A stretch of 63,691 nt of DNA, counting the filler, from Guillardia theta CCMP2712 (lineage: Eukaryota; Protista; Cryptophyta): NCBI RefSeq assembly GCF_000315625.1. It is 5 parts of 4 records of this genome, joined end to end, with 100 filler letters (N's around TTAATTAATTAA, not from the genome) between each part and the next. Parts side by side here need not be neighbours in the genome. Positions count along the whole stretch, not along the records: positions 24,500 to 42,481 come from NW_005434454.1; positions 42,582 to 60,923 come from NW_005434454.1; 3 more parts are not named here. One strand, written 5' to 3'. Positions 38,601-51,291 of this stretch are shown piece by piece. Both the position numbers and the translations under genes were made by a program. Position 1 is the first letter of the stretch; each line of letters opens with the position of its first letter. The notes under the pieces are model-generated. The model saw only the letters and a list, made by a program, of their open reading frames with translations. It had not been told where the DNA came from and ran no database searches.

Positions 38601-39915
38601 CCCTTAGCACCAATCACTACCATCAACGTTTTGATTTGAGTCAGACCTGTCGTACCGCTCGCCGAGGATGCAAACGAAAATCCTGCGAGCACGTTCACAA
38701 ATGGATGTGCAAAGGCAAGACAAGTCTAGTATTTTACACTGCGAGTAACATACCTCCCGTTGACGCCTTTTGCTGTGCTGCAGCTGTTCCCCCTCCCTGT
38801 TTACCAAGTAAGCGTCTCATGCTAAAATCAGGTCCCAACCAATCCTTTAGCTACCTGCGCAGCCTTCGCCCAGGCCGGAGTTTCAACCTCTTTGATGCCC
38901 GTCGTCTCCCAGGGTCTGGCGGAGGCAGCTGGAAGAATATTCTACCATCATGTTCCGCCCCCATCACGCTGAGATCTGAAATCAAAGGTCAACCTGGTTT
39001 GGATGCTGCCGGCGCCGCCTGTGCTGCTGGTGCGGCCGGTGCTGCTGCTGGTTTGGACTCTGCAACTGATTCTTCATGTGAGATTCCAGGTAGTGATCAC
39101 GTCGCATGATGCAGTCATATGATAGATCACCTCCTTTCGACTCTGCAGACTTTGATGCATCCGGGGCACTCCCACCCTGTAAGAAATTCACCTCTTAGGA
39201 CCACAAGAACTTGAACGAACAACTGCTGCTTTAGCCCAGGCTGGCGTTTCTACAGGCTTGATACCAGTAGTCTCCCAAGGTCTGGCAGAAGAAGCTACGA
39301 CAGACGTTAGCAAGTCAAGTCACAAACTCCCAGGCCTGCAATTCAAGTCACCGGGTTGGGCTGCTGGAGTCGGCTTAGCGGGAGCAGGGGTCGCCGATGG
39401 CTCTGTCTTGACTTCAGTCTTGACGACTGGTTTCTCGTTCTCCTTGTCAGATTGTTTCACTGCTGCCTTGGGCTTCTCAGCAGAAGCTGGCTGCCCCGCG
39501 CTCTGTGGAAACATCATCACAAATCGAAATCCAATAGTACAATACACACCTGACTTTTACTCTCACTGCCTGCACTCTCAGCTACATTGCTGAACCTCAT
39601 GAACTCAGGAGGGAACGAACCCGCAGGGATGTTGAAGTTGAAGCAGAACACAGGCCCCGAACGAGAAGCGGATGCTTGGTTCTGCCCCGGCACCCCCGAA
39701 GTGACATTGCCACTGTTTGCACTGACGGAGGAGGCAGAGGAGGAGGAGGCAGTGCCAGCAGGCTGTTCACCCGGCTGGATAAAGTTGAAGTTGAAGATGA
39801 ACTGAGCTCCTGCTCCTGCTCGGAAGGAGCGGTTAGATTTCTCCCCCGGCGTCGCTCGTGATGTCATCGGGCCTGAGGCAGCGTTAGGATGGTTGAGGCT
39901 CACGCCAAGCATGCA
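35636..39915 (-). CDS. FG-repeat nucleoporin (many small exons; possibly Nup214-like C-terminal region)
   Basis: It contains extensive FG/FxF repeats (GFGGSTGT array, SFGGFGSGGG, GFGTPATSSG) and a last exon NDPRLQRRA*. Confidence 0.7.
36446..37009. repeat. 24-bp coding minisatellite (about 23 units) encoding GFGGSTGT
   Basis: The unit aagccYgttcctgtcgaccctccg is repeated in tandem. Confidence 0.95.
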
Positions 39916-41042
39916 AGCATGCTGTGTGTTGAACTAGATGATGTTCCAGTTGCAAGCTTCTCACTTTCATCATACCGTTATATCACACTATATCACACAA
40001 AACTCAGCCAACCTTATTCGACCATAAGAGGTGAGAACCCCCCCACACACACATCACACTCTTTCATGCTCCCCTCCTATTCTTGTTTAGATTCAATGAC
40101 CAGATTATATCACCATTCATACACCGACAAGTCGTGTTTCTTGATGAACGGCCAGTCAATTCAAGTACAAGGCTGCAAAGTGCTGAGATACAGTCCACTT
40201 CAAACCTAATATTTTTGTTGTTTGAATTCCAGCATTTCCTTCTACAATTTGAACAAGAAATAATCTGAATCCTTTCCTCCCATTTGAAGTTTCATCCCTT
40301 TCCCAAAGACTGATCACAGATCACCTTCCCTTCTACCATTTCTCCTCTCTCTTTTCCTTCCTCCTCCTCCTCATGGAAGGCTTCTCCTCCATACCTCCAT
40401 GACCCGATCCCTATCGCTTCCTCCTCCTCCCTCCTCCCTCCTCCCTCCTCCCTCCCTCCCTCCCTCCCGCCATTCCTGACACTAGTTGTTCCACAGGTTT
40501 ACTGATACCCACCCTTTTTCAATTATACCCCCTTTTTTCCCAGAATAAGGTGGTAAATTATGGGTAGGGTATACTACCCCACCCTACCAAATAAGCCGCT
40601 CTCGGCATCTCGAGTTTTACCTCAGTCATGATACAGACCCTCATCCCCACTCAGACCCTGACATCTAGTTGAGGCGGGCCCGAGCAACAGGCCACTAGTA
40701 CACGCGATTTTGAAAATATTCAGTGCTTCGAAATAATTTGCATAATTTACATGAAATTCAAAGTTTTATAACAATATTTGAAAACATAGAGGAAATTGCT
40801 GTTTGAATACGCGTGACTGAGAAATGCACAAAACAATGCATGAGAAAAAAGCGATTTGAAGGATGACGATGATGATGATGATGAGGATGGAGGGGGGAGG
40901 GGGAGGAGGGAGGGGGAGGGGGAGGGAGGAGGGAGGAGGAGGNNNNNNNNNNNNNNNNNNNNNNNNNNNNNNNNNNNNNNNNNNNNNNNNNNNNNNNNNN
41001 NNNNNNNNNNNNNNNNNNNNNNNNNNNNNNNNNNNNNNNNNN

Positions 41043-42481
41043 GTCGTCAACGGCTGATAGCCAATTGGCATCACCTACCACTGACTTCGGTCGGTGCAAG
41101 TGACCATAGACGGCTCTTGGATGCCACAGCAACGATGACGTGTTCAACCATCCTTGAGTCCTCCAACGACGCGATGATCGTATGAAAACGACTACGACCA
41201 TTAGGCAGACCCCGCGGCATATCAGGGTGAGCAGGAGCAGGGGAAAGGTGGAGGACGACTATGAGGACGAGGAGGATGCCTCCTCCTCCTCCTCCTGATG
41301 GTAGTCCTCGTCCCCTTTCCTATGGTCTTTTCAAACATGATACAAACATCACGACGACAGGATCAGCAATCTGATAACATTTACTGAGTCTTCTGAACAG
41401 GTCCTCAAGTGAGGATACACAAAAATCAGCAGCGAGGTCTTCGCTGTAGAGGAGGTTGTCGACTCCTTGTTATTAAGACAATGATGTTTGATCCAGGTGT
41501 GGACTGCATGTCGATCAACGTTTCTTCCTCTTTCACAGTCTTCGAAGACCACCCGATGAAGAACACAATGCCAGTTCCATCAAACTCAAGTATTCTTCAA
41601 GCTCTTCTCTTCTGTGCTTGCAGAATTCTTCATCGTTGAAATTGTTTTGTTCCGTTACAACTCATTCCTGCCTGACCTGAATGGATACAAACCTGTGTCT
41701 TTGCATTCAATCAATGATTGTGTTTGTATGGTTCTTGTATCGCGTGCCCTCCGGATTTTGTATTGCTCTCTCACTGTCTCTTATTGTATTCTACTGTAAT
41801 TTCCCCTTCCCCTCTCCTCTCCTCTCCTCCTCCCTCATCGTCCTCTCTTTGACTTGTTCTCCTCTGATCTCCTACAGTCTCGCAGAGGTTGCAACAATTG
41901 CGAGACATCACCAACATGAGCAAGAAAGTTTCGGGAAAGAGTAAGAAATTCCTTATCGTCATCAACCTCCACCACCACCTCCTCCTCCTCCTCGCAATCT
42001 CCTCCTTTCCTCCACCTCCTCTTTATCTCTCTCTCTCTCTCTCTGTCTCACTCACTGGATTGCAGTCGAAACCCCGAAGGGTCTCAACGCAGACACGAGA
42101 GACGCAGGCAAGCTTCTCAACCTCCCCAGCCCTCACCCCCCTCACGCTTCTCGACTAGCAACCTCCATCGACAACGAGGAGAACAAGAGAATCGAAAAGA
42201 AGAAATGGCTCAGTGTGTTCAACACGTCAACAGACAGCGATTCCAACACATCCTTCAGCTCACAAGCTTCATCTCCCCGCAAGGGGATGCTCTCGGAGGC
42301 GTCAGATGTTGGCAAGGTGGTACAAGAAGACGATATTGCCGACGACAACACATGGTTGCTTGTAGAGGTCAAGAGGTTCGGCGTGTTGAGGAGATCATAC
42401 AGGTGGGAATGTGACTTCTGCAAGCGAGGATTCACGTCCTGCGATGAGGTTTTGTTTTCTCCACTTTCCCTCTCCTCACCT
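41043..42481 (+). CDS. Hypothetical multi-exon protein fragment with a CxxC zinc-finger-like start
   Basis: The last visible exon reads YRWECDFCKRGFTSCDE. The fragment is bounded by gaps. Confidence 0.3.
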
Positions 42482-42609
42482 NNNNNNNNNNNNNNNNNNN
42501 NNNNNNNNNNNNNNNNNNNNNNNNNTTAATTAATTAANNNNNNNNNNNNNNNNNNNNNNNNNNNNNNNNNNNNNNNNNNNNCTCTTCATTGACGTCTCGT
42601 TCTCTTTAG

Positions 42610-42953
42610 CCCATCGGCGGAGGACGTCAAGAAGCTCTTGAACTCTGTGGGAGCCAAGGCGGATGACAGCAGCATCAACTTTGTAGTGAAGGAGCTCAAC
42701 GGGAAGAAGCTCGACGAGGTGATCGCTGCGGGGAACTTGAAAATGGCCAGCGTAGGAGGAGGAAGCGGAGGTGGAGGAGGAGGTGGTAAGTTTGTATCTT
42801 GTGTGTTGGGAGGGGGGATCATGACAAGGGTTGGTAGGTGCTGCTGCCCCTGCTGCTGCCGCCGCTGCCCCTGCTGCCGGTGGCAAGGCAGCTGCCAAGA
42901 AGGAGCCCGAGCCTGAGGAGGAGGAAGACATGGGATTCTCTCTCTTTGATTAA
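42610..42953 (+). CDS. RPLP2: 60S acidic ribosomal protein P2 (5' end in gap)
   Basis: It reads PSAEDVKKLLNSVG...VVKELNGKKLDEVIAAG / AAAPAAAA...EEEEDMGFSLFD*. Confidence 0.95.
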
Positions 42954-44193
42954 GCTTCATCATTGATTAAAACTCACAAAGGAAGAACATCACGGATGCA
43001 TGTTGTGATGAAACATGGTTGGTTGGTGGTTTATGGGACACGTGCTTACATGTGGCAAGCGACAAGTATGGATGGTCTATACCACGGAAAGTTCCTACAT
43101 CCTAGCATGAGTGTTCGCACTTGCGTATGAGTGCTGGGAAACAAGTTCAGGAACTAGTTTGTCGCACCTTGTTGACAGCAAACGTATTTCATTGAAGTTA
43201 ATGGAACAATCATAAAGTACATACACAAACAAGTACAATCGGGTCACGATCCTCTCACGACGAGGAGAGGAAGGGGAAAGAGCAGCTATCGCTCTTCTCA
43301 TCCTTTTCACGCAGGGAAGAACTGAGGGAAGAATCTGCAACACAGTCAACCTCCTCCCTCCCTCCTTCTCGTCCTCCCTCCCTCCCTCCTCATCCTCTCC
43401 TCACCTTGCTTGCAAGCGCTTCCTGTACGCCTTGCAATGAGGATGGCGGACCATGCAGGGCCTGGTGCTGCNNNNNNNNNNNNNNNNNNNNNNNNNNNNN
43501 NNNNNNNNNNNNNNNNNNNNNNNNNNNNNNNNNNNNNNNNNNNNNNNNNNNNNNNNNNNNNNNNNNNNNNNNNNNNNNNNNNNNNNNNNNNNNNNNNNNN
43601 NNNNNNNNNNNNNNNNNNNNNNNNNNNNNNNNNNNNNNNNNNNNNNNNNNNNNNNNNNNNNNNNNNNNNNNNNNNNNNNNNNNNNNNNNNNNNNNNNNNN
43701 NNNNNNNNNNNNNNNNNNNNNNNNNNNNNNNNNNNNNNNNNNNNNNNNNNNNNNNNNNNNNNNNNNNNNNNNNNNNNNNNNNNNNNNNNNNNNNNNNNNN
43801 NNNNNNNNNNNNNNNNNNNNNNNNNNNNNNNNNNNNNNNNNNNNNNNNNNNNNNNNNNNNNNNNNNNNNNNNNNNNNNNNNNNNNNNNNNNNNNNNNNNN
43901 NNNNNNNNNNNNNNNNNNNNNNNNNNNNNNNNNNNNNNNNNNNNNNNNNNNNNNNNNNNNNNNNNNNNNNNNNNNNNNNNNNNNNNNNNNNNNNNNNNNN
44001 NNNNNNNNNNNNNNNNNNNNNNNNNNNNNNNNNNNNNNNNNNNNNNNNNNNNNNNNNNNNNNNNNNNNNNNNNNNNNNNNNNNNNNNNNNNNNNNNNNNN
44101 NNNNNNNNNNNNNNNNNNNNNNNNNNNNNNNNNNNNNNNNNNNNNNNNNNNNNNNNNNNNNNNNNNNNNNNNNNNNNNNNNNNNNNNNNNNNN

Positions 44194-45740
44194 GACCGAG
44201 CGAGGATCCGACCATCCCTTGCTTCACAGCTCCACAGCTGGGCAGCAGCGACACGTTTCCTCCCGCCTCACTCTTAATGGCAATGTTGCCGGAAATCCCC
44301 TGCTTCAGCCCATGCAGGACCAAGGAAGGCCTTCATATGAATCAGTGACGAGAAAGCATAACGAAGAGAAATGAAGGAAGTAGAGTTTGGGTATGAGAGG
44401 AATGAGGAAGAGAAGGGAGGAGGGGGAAGAGGAGAGGTGGGAGATCTTACATCGAGTGCGCGTTCTCCTGAGCTGAGGCCTTCAGCATCTGCCATGGTTC
44501 GGACTGCTCCTCCCTTTTGATCAAACTTTCAACTACCAGACAGCGTCAGGACTTTCAGAATGGAAAGGGTTGTGGCGAGAGGGTAGAAGGAAGAGGAATG
44601 GGTAAGCTGTACCTGTAAAGGCCTTCATGTTCTCTGCAATCGGGGACTCTCTCTCGACAAGATTCTCCTGTGCCGACGAAAGGAGGCAGAGGAGGCGAAC
44701 GGGAGGGCAGATTGTAACGAGAACGAAGGGAAGAGGGGGGGAAGAGGAGGAAGAGAGAGTCAAATCCACCGATGGGATACAGGCAAGAGAGCTACAGTAC
44801 CTTGGTGTCCATGCTCCATCTGCTCCATGATAAGATGGACGAGGAGGAGGAGGACGGAGAGTCGGTAAGCTCTGCGACGCTGATCCCTCCCGACGCTGTG
44901 GGCTTGTGCTCATCCCTCTCGCTCCCTCGGCTACATGGATCTCCTAGAGCCTGCTTCGCTCCCTCCAGCTGTGCAGCTTGAAGGAGATTCTCCACAGCAT
45001 TCAGGAAAGTGTGGGTGACCTCTGCCCTAGGGCTGCTCGGTGCCGTGCTGAAGTTGCTCAACTCCGTATCGCTCCTCTGATATTTCTTCGCCTCGAAATG
45101 AACGTCGGCCAGCACTTCTGCCGACGCTCTCTTGCCCCCCATCTCGCTTGCGATCTTCTCAGACAGAACTAGGATATTCGAGTTAGCTTGACATAGGATG
45201 GATGGAAAAAGAAGGGAAGTTTGTTGAGGGGGGGAGGGATACGGAGAGGGGATAAATTCGAAAACAGAGGAAGGAGGTCAAGGAATAAGGAGGGCATAAG
45301 ATTTGGTGGTTCATCATGCTGCGAGGAGGATGCAAGGGTACAGCAGAAGGATAACATGAAATCGAATTTATGCGTTGAAATCGGACTTCGAGGGCATCCA
45401 ACTTTCGCAAGATGCAGGAATCGAGCAGGGAGAAGAGCATGAAGAGCATACAGGAAAGATGGAAACTAAGCATGAGGATTTCGCTGCTGTTCACCACTAA
45501 GAACAATTCCGACAAGATATTCCGTGCCAGTTTTCACTGGCCGTGCCAGGAAACGAATCTAACCCACGAATGAAATTTTCTTTGGAAAGCTCAAGAAGAG
45601 ATGATGATGGCGTAAGAAAGGAAACAGCAAGTCATGGAGGCGAGAGGAACAAATCGAAGACGAGGGTACAACCTCCTGATCTCACCTGCTCCTTGTTTGC
45701 TTCCCCATCCTCCTCCTCCCAATTCCTTCGCTCGCCATGC
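44194..45740 (-). CDS. Hypothetical multi-exon protein (3' end in gap)
   Basis: Exon-like pieces (EMGGKRASAEVLADVHFEAKKYQRSDTEL; ENLVERESPIAENMKAF) are separated by pyrimidine-rich introns. Confidence 0.3.
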
Positions 45741-48700
45741 TTCCAGATGGGCGCGGGGAGGGACGGGGGGGGGTGAGGGCGAGATTTGGTGGGTTAGGGT
45801 CCTGGGGGGACTTAGCAGTATGGTGGGGTAGTCGGTTTTTGGGGTGCCACTATCATTTTAGAGGATGAAAGGGGGTAGAGGATTGGGAAAAGGTGGGGTC
45901 ATTTAGTGTAAGGTGCATTTTTTGGTGGTAGGGTACAAGATCTGTCTCAGGTAATGGGGTGGATGAGATTGTGGGTAGTAAAATTATATATTGGGTGGGT
46001 CTTGAAGACAGTCATAAAGGGGGTGATGCATCGATGTTCTCTAAAATGGGGGGTATTGTTTTCACAGGGTGGGTGGTACCAGTACATCCGACTCATGCGG
46101 CATGAATTGTGATGGGACATTGTGGGGGAGGTAGGGTGGAGCAGGGGAAGGGTTTTGTTCGTCCAGGTGGGGTAGATCAAGTAGGAAAGTGGGGTGGTGG
46201 TCCAAAGGGGGGCGAACTCGTAATGGTAAAAGAACCGGGTACGATCGGGTACAAATAGGGGGTGATTAATGATAGGACGAGGTGTAGGTGTGGTGGGTGG
46301 CATGGATCTTTTACAGGGTGGGGGTCGATTCCGATGGTGTTGGGGGGGTTGTGGAAACTTTTGATTATCGAATTCGGGGGTGGTGTAGCAAATTGACCTC
46401 TAGGAAAGGGTTGACTCCCGAAGGGGTGGCAGTCGGATACCAATCAGGGGGTGGGGGTGATGAAGTTATTTTCTGTGATCTAGGGGTCGACATGTATAGC
46501 CTTTGCTGATATTATCATCATCGAGACTTCTTTGTAGTATGTCGTCATACTAAAAATAGTATTGAACCTTCAGAGTTTCCGATAAATGGTGGTCGAAAGC
46601 AGATCACCGAAGCTCGTGGTGGGGTCTTCGGACAAAGAAGGGTGGGTAGTCAGAGGTGGGGAGGTGAGGTGGTCAGCAGACGTTTTCAAGGAGGTAGGTC
46701 GTTCTTGTGGTGGGTGGGTAGGTCAGAGACGGTCTCCTGGTCCTATCAGGTACATTGGGGCCCCTTTGCGTCCCTATGGGATCCACCCCAAACACCACCC
46801 TTCTTTTAATGTACCCTACCTATCCCGGAACACGATCTGTTCTGACCACCCCCTGTGCTACTAAAGTTTTCGTAGCATATCTGGGAGAGGTGGATTCTTC
46901 AGGTACCCCTCACCCCACGATCTACATGACCCTACCCACACTTTTGCCTTTGAAACTCTACCACCCATTTTGAGAACCTCCCTCAAGGTGAGCACCCTAC
47001 CCTCGCTTTAGTAAAGAAGGCACCTTACCCCTACCCCTCGAATTGGGACCTAGAGAATTCACTACCCTAAAAATTTGACCCTACCCTACCGTATTATGGT
47101 CAATTGCTTCGTTCTCCTGGTTGGCACAATCCACCACGAGATGACCCACCCAAGAAAAAGACGTGTACTACCCCCCGATAGAACAGATGCGACCATAGGG
47201 TCAAAGTGTGGATTACCCCATCTGAAGCTATGAAAATGACCGGTACAAGGCAATTCATTATTGGCTGAAAGGAAATCGCCTACAGACCCAGTACCCCCTA
47301 CCTCGAGAATATGGATTGATTGTGACCCCCTGTGGAAAAAAGAAACTACCCCCCATAGAAGTGTGCAGAAGTACCCCACCCCTGTAGGCAACCTGCGTGA
47401 ACATTCTTTCAGCCGTAAGTGCCTGCCCACCCATGGATTAGATGTCCCGAACAGGGTACTGGCGTAAAACACCCCCTCATATCCCTTCGAGTTTGTGAAA
47501 GGGTACCCTACCCCCACCTCCCCTTCTGTTCACCACCACCCCTATCTCCAATACCCTACGATCATTTTCCTCTGGAAAGACTCGACCACCACCCCCATCG
47601 AGGATAATGCAGATCATGAGTACCCATCTGCCTCAGACTCCCTGCAACCCACTACCTTACCCATCCATATTCCCCTTTCAAACCCCCACCCCTCAAATTC
47701 CATAACAGTACCCCTATCATTGTATATGCACATACAGGACCTGGGATCATGACCCCTCCTTGGTGATTTATGCTTTTGTATCCACCCCACATTGATACAT
47801 ATACTACCCCCTCTAACTTTCAACCCACCCACAAAAGGACCCCTATTTTCTATGTGGGGTGGTAGAATCTCGAAAGCGAAATTGTACCAGAAATGAGAAG
47901 GCGCAACTTGCAACATCCCGGTACAAATTTAAAACATGAGTACATACTAAAATACAAAAGATAGAAACAGATTGTACCAAGAGTAGATGATTTTATAATT
48001 GGAATGTACAAATATTTGATCTTGATTGGTACCAGACTCAGGTTGGTAATGACCCAACCGCGATCCCCAACCCTAGGTAGGGTCCATATAGGACCGGTAC
48101 AATGGAAGACTTGATAGGGTTTTTAGAGTCGATCCGTTGGGTGAGTGCAAAAGACTCTCCCTAGGAGGGGGAGAGGGAGGTGTTTTAAACTTAAAATTTT
48201 CTTGTACGAATAACGGCGCATCGGGATCTTGCGTTTTAAAACTGCGGGATGGCGGGATGTACAGAGTACCCCTGCTAATTGTGATAAACTCACCGGTATA
48301 TTTCGAGAATTTTGAACTCGAGCATCACAGGCAACACCATGCCTACAATTTGGTTTTTATCTTAAAACCTTTACAATATAGTTTTTAAAAAGCGTCCCTT
48401 GTAGCATCCCATGTTGCTCTCCGGGAGACGTGGGGTATCACACAAGCGAAAGAAAAAATCTTAAAACTATTTTTCAATTGTACCAGCAGTCGCAAAGAAG
48501 TTTCAGTTATATATTTATAGAAACCCCAAAAATGCAACAGTTGGTTTTGCGGGCCCCGGGCTGGACCCGGCTCAACCCGGAGTCACTGAGCCGTGTTCCG
48601 TCGGTTATGAGCCTCGATTGCCTTGACTGACGGTTACGTTGATTTGTCCGAAATAACGATAAGGTAAGTGCGGCGTGCGAAAATGTCGGAGGCGCTCAGG

Positions 48701-50409
48701 TGAAACAAGCCGTGCACGAGGGAAGAACCGCGCGCGCATGTGGAACGAGAAATGCAAACAGAATATATCTGAGGAAATTATCGAATTACGTCAAGATCTC
48801 AACCAGAAAGAAGATCCTTATGATAGTATGCTTCAACTTGAACGCTGATAGTGCAAATAACGAAGCCTGCGTTGTTCGGTTGAAATGTACACGATTGAGA
48901 AGTGATGCTCCAGGTAGACGATAGAAACAGTTGTCTAAAGAACCAGGAAGTGTTTTTCAATATCCACAATAAATGACAATCCAGACAAATGTGAATGTAA
49001 TCAATGAATTGACCAAATTGAGCAAATGTAAAGGAATTGAACCAGGCTGGAAGGTCAGCACAAGGTAAACACGAATTTCGAAAGAAGTCGATGATCGAAA
49101 TGATTTCCTTGACAGGTTTCGGCCCCGATGGACAAGATGAAAATATCCAATAAAGCAGTACGTTCAAGATGTTGAAGTTGACACAACACTGCTGAAGGTA
49201 ACCTTGAGTACAAACCGCCATTGCTCCTACGGAACAGGACGCGCGTGCAGCGGTCAAACGCAGCGCGTGCAACACGAAACGCTGCGAACTCAGAAGGAAC
49301 ATTCTCGCAAACATCAGTCTTCTGCACCTCCTAACGAGTGTGATCAGAACATCTTACAGCTTATCAAGCGCGACCCGACATTCAAGGCAAAGGATACCTG
49401 CACTTATCTCTTTTCGAAAGGACGGATACAAACCAGCGATGCAAAACATCTCCACAACCTCGACAATAGTCAAGACCCGTTTCAAGATTCTGAAGAGTTG
49501 CAAGAACATCGAGCAAGAACTTTTAGACCAGCCTTCTTACATCTATCGCTTACAACGTCATAAAAAGATTTCTCAGCCACCAATCCCTTGCCACGTTCCT
49601 CCTTGTCCTTGCTCCTGCTCTTCCTCCTCCTTCAGCCAACTCTTCCGCCTTACTTTCCTTTTACCTTCTCTCTTGGTCCACACTTGTGTCAACAAGCTAC
49701 CTTCTGTCACGACCAGACGTCACCTCGCGCGCAACGAGAACTGAGTCGATCGATCCTCAAGTCAACTACTTAGCCGTCGATCATACTTGACTCGGGTTTC
49801 TCAAGGCTTCGTGTACTTCCACCTCTAAGGGGAATCTAAACCAGGAGTCGCCCCAACAGGTCATGTTGTGGTATGTCACGGTACTCTTGTGCAAGGTATG
49901 CCTTCCTAGATTTGATGTATTGTTGATAGCGCTGTCCTGGAAGTGCCGAGAGCTTGGTATAGTCCAGGTAAGTCTTGTTGTTGCTGTCTTCGATGCGCTA
50001 TCTTCATCACGGAGTCCTTTCGAGCCGCTGAGCCCCACTAGTCAGCTACCGTGACTGTGCTCGGACAGCCTCGGACCCGGACCGTATCATGTCCACACAA
50101 CAATAAACTCCAATGAGTACAACACAAAACACACATCCGCCTTTCAAACCTCAAGATAACGTTGAAAGATCAAACTCATAGTATTCATCGCAAATGCTCT
50201 TGCACTCCTCAATGCAACATCAAAGTGTTGAGATCTCTGTAGAAAGATCTCTGTTCATCAGACATAAACGACCACAGTTTCTCAATCACAACAACAGACG
50301 AGCGAATGTTGTTCAAATCCACATCGTTAGGATGATACCCACAACCTCGTTTTTGGCGGGCATTCGATAAGATGGCGGGGGTAGAAGAGCTATCAGAATT
50401 TGACTAGCA

Positions 50410-51107
50410 GAGAGATAGAACCGTCAGAGTTATAGGACCGTTAAAGACTGATAGGGCCGCAGAGTTACAGGACCGTTAAAGACAATAGGCCCCAGAGATA
50501 GGGCATAGGACCGCTAGAGAAGATAGGGCATAGGACCGCTAGAGATATAGGACCGCTAGAGATATAGGACCGTCAAAGACAATAGGCCCGCAGAGATAGG
50601 GCATAGGACCGCTAGAGAAGATAGGGCATAGGACCGCTAGAGATATAGGACCGCTAGAGATATAGGACCGCTAGAGATATAGGACCGTTAAAGACAATAG
50701 GGCCGCAGAGATAGGGCATAGGGCCGCTAGAGAAGATAGGACATAGGACCTCTAGAGATATAGGACCGCTAGAGATATAGGACCGCTGGAGATATAGGGC
50801 CGCTAGAGAAGATAGGGCATAGGGCCGCTAGAGATATAGGACCGCTAGAGATATAGGAAGAAGATAGGGCATAGGGGCGCTAGAGATATAGGACCGCTAG
50901 AGAAGATAGGGCATAGGGGGGCTAGAGATATAGGTCCGCCAAAGAAGATAGGGCATAGAGTTATAGGACCGCTAGAGAAGATAGGGCATAGGGGGGCTAG
51001 AGATATAGGACCGCCAAAGAAGATAGGGCATAGAGTTATAGGACCGCTAGAGAAGATAGGGCATAGAGATATAGGACCGCTAGAGATAGGGCATAGGACC
51101 GCTAGAG
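50410..51107. repeat. Complex minisatellite built from ATAGGACCGCTAGAGAT and AGAAGATAGGGC units
   Basis: Interleaved units of about 17-25 nt are directly visible. Confidence 0.95.
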
Positions 51108-51174
51108 CTGGTAAGTCGATCTGACCTGACAATAAAATATATAGTGTGCCTCGACTGGCTGTGAACAGTAGCTG

Positions 51175-51267
51175 ACCAGCACTCTATAGATAAATATTGT
51201 AGCTTACCAGCACTCTATAGATAAATATTGTAGCTTACCAGCACTCCATAGATAAATATTGTAGCTT
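51175..51267. repeat. Three tandem copies of a 31-bp unit
   Basis: accagcactctatagataaatattgtagctt occurs three times with one mismatch. Confidence 0.95.
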
Positions 51268-51291
51268 TATCAACTTGATCTAAAACGACAG

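Noticed and set aside
43346-44374. Long ORFs of 270-325 aa
   Set aside because: They consist almost entirely of N-gap translation.
48700-50054. Possible transposase or reverse transcriptase remnants
   Set aside because: Only short ORFs are present, and I could not recognise DDE, RT or helicase motifs.
50410-51107. Possible CRISPR array
   Set aside because: There are no unique spacers and no cas genes, and the context is eukaryotic. It is a minisatellite.
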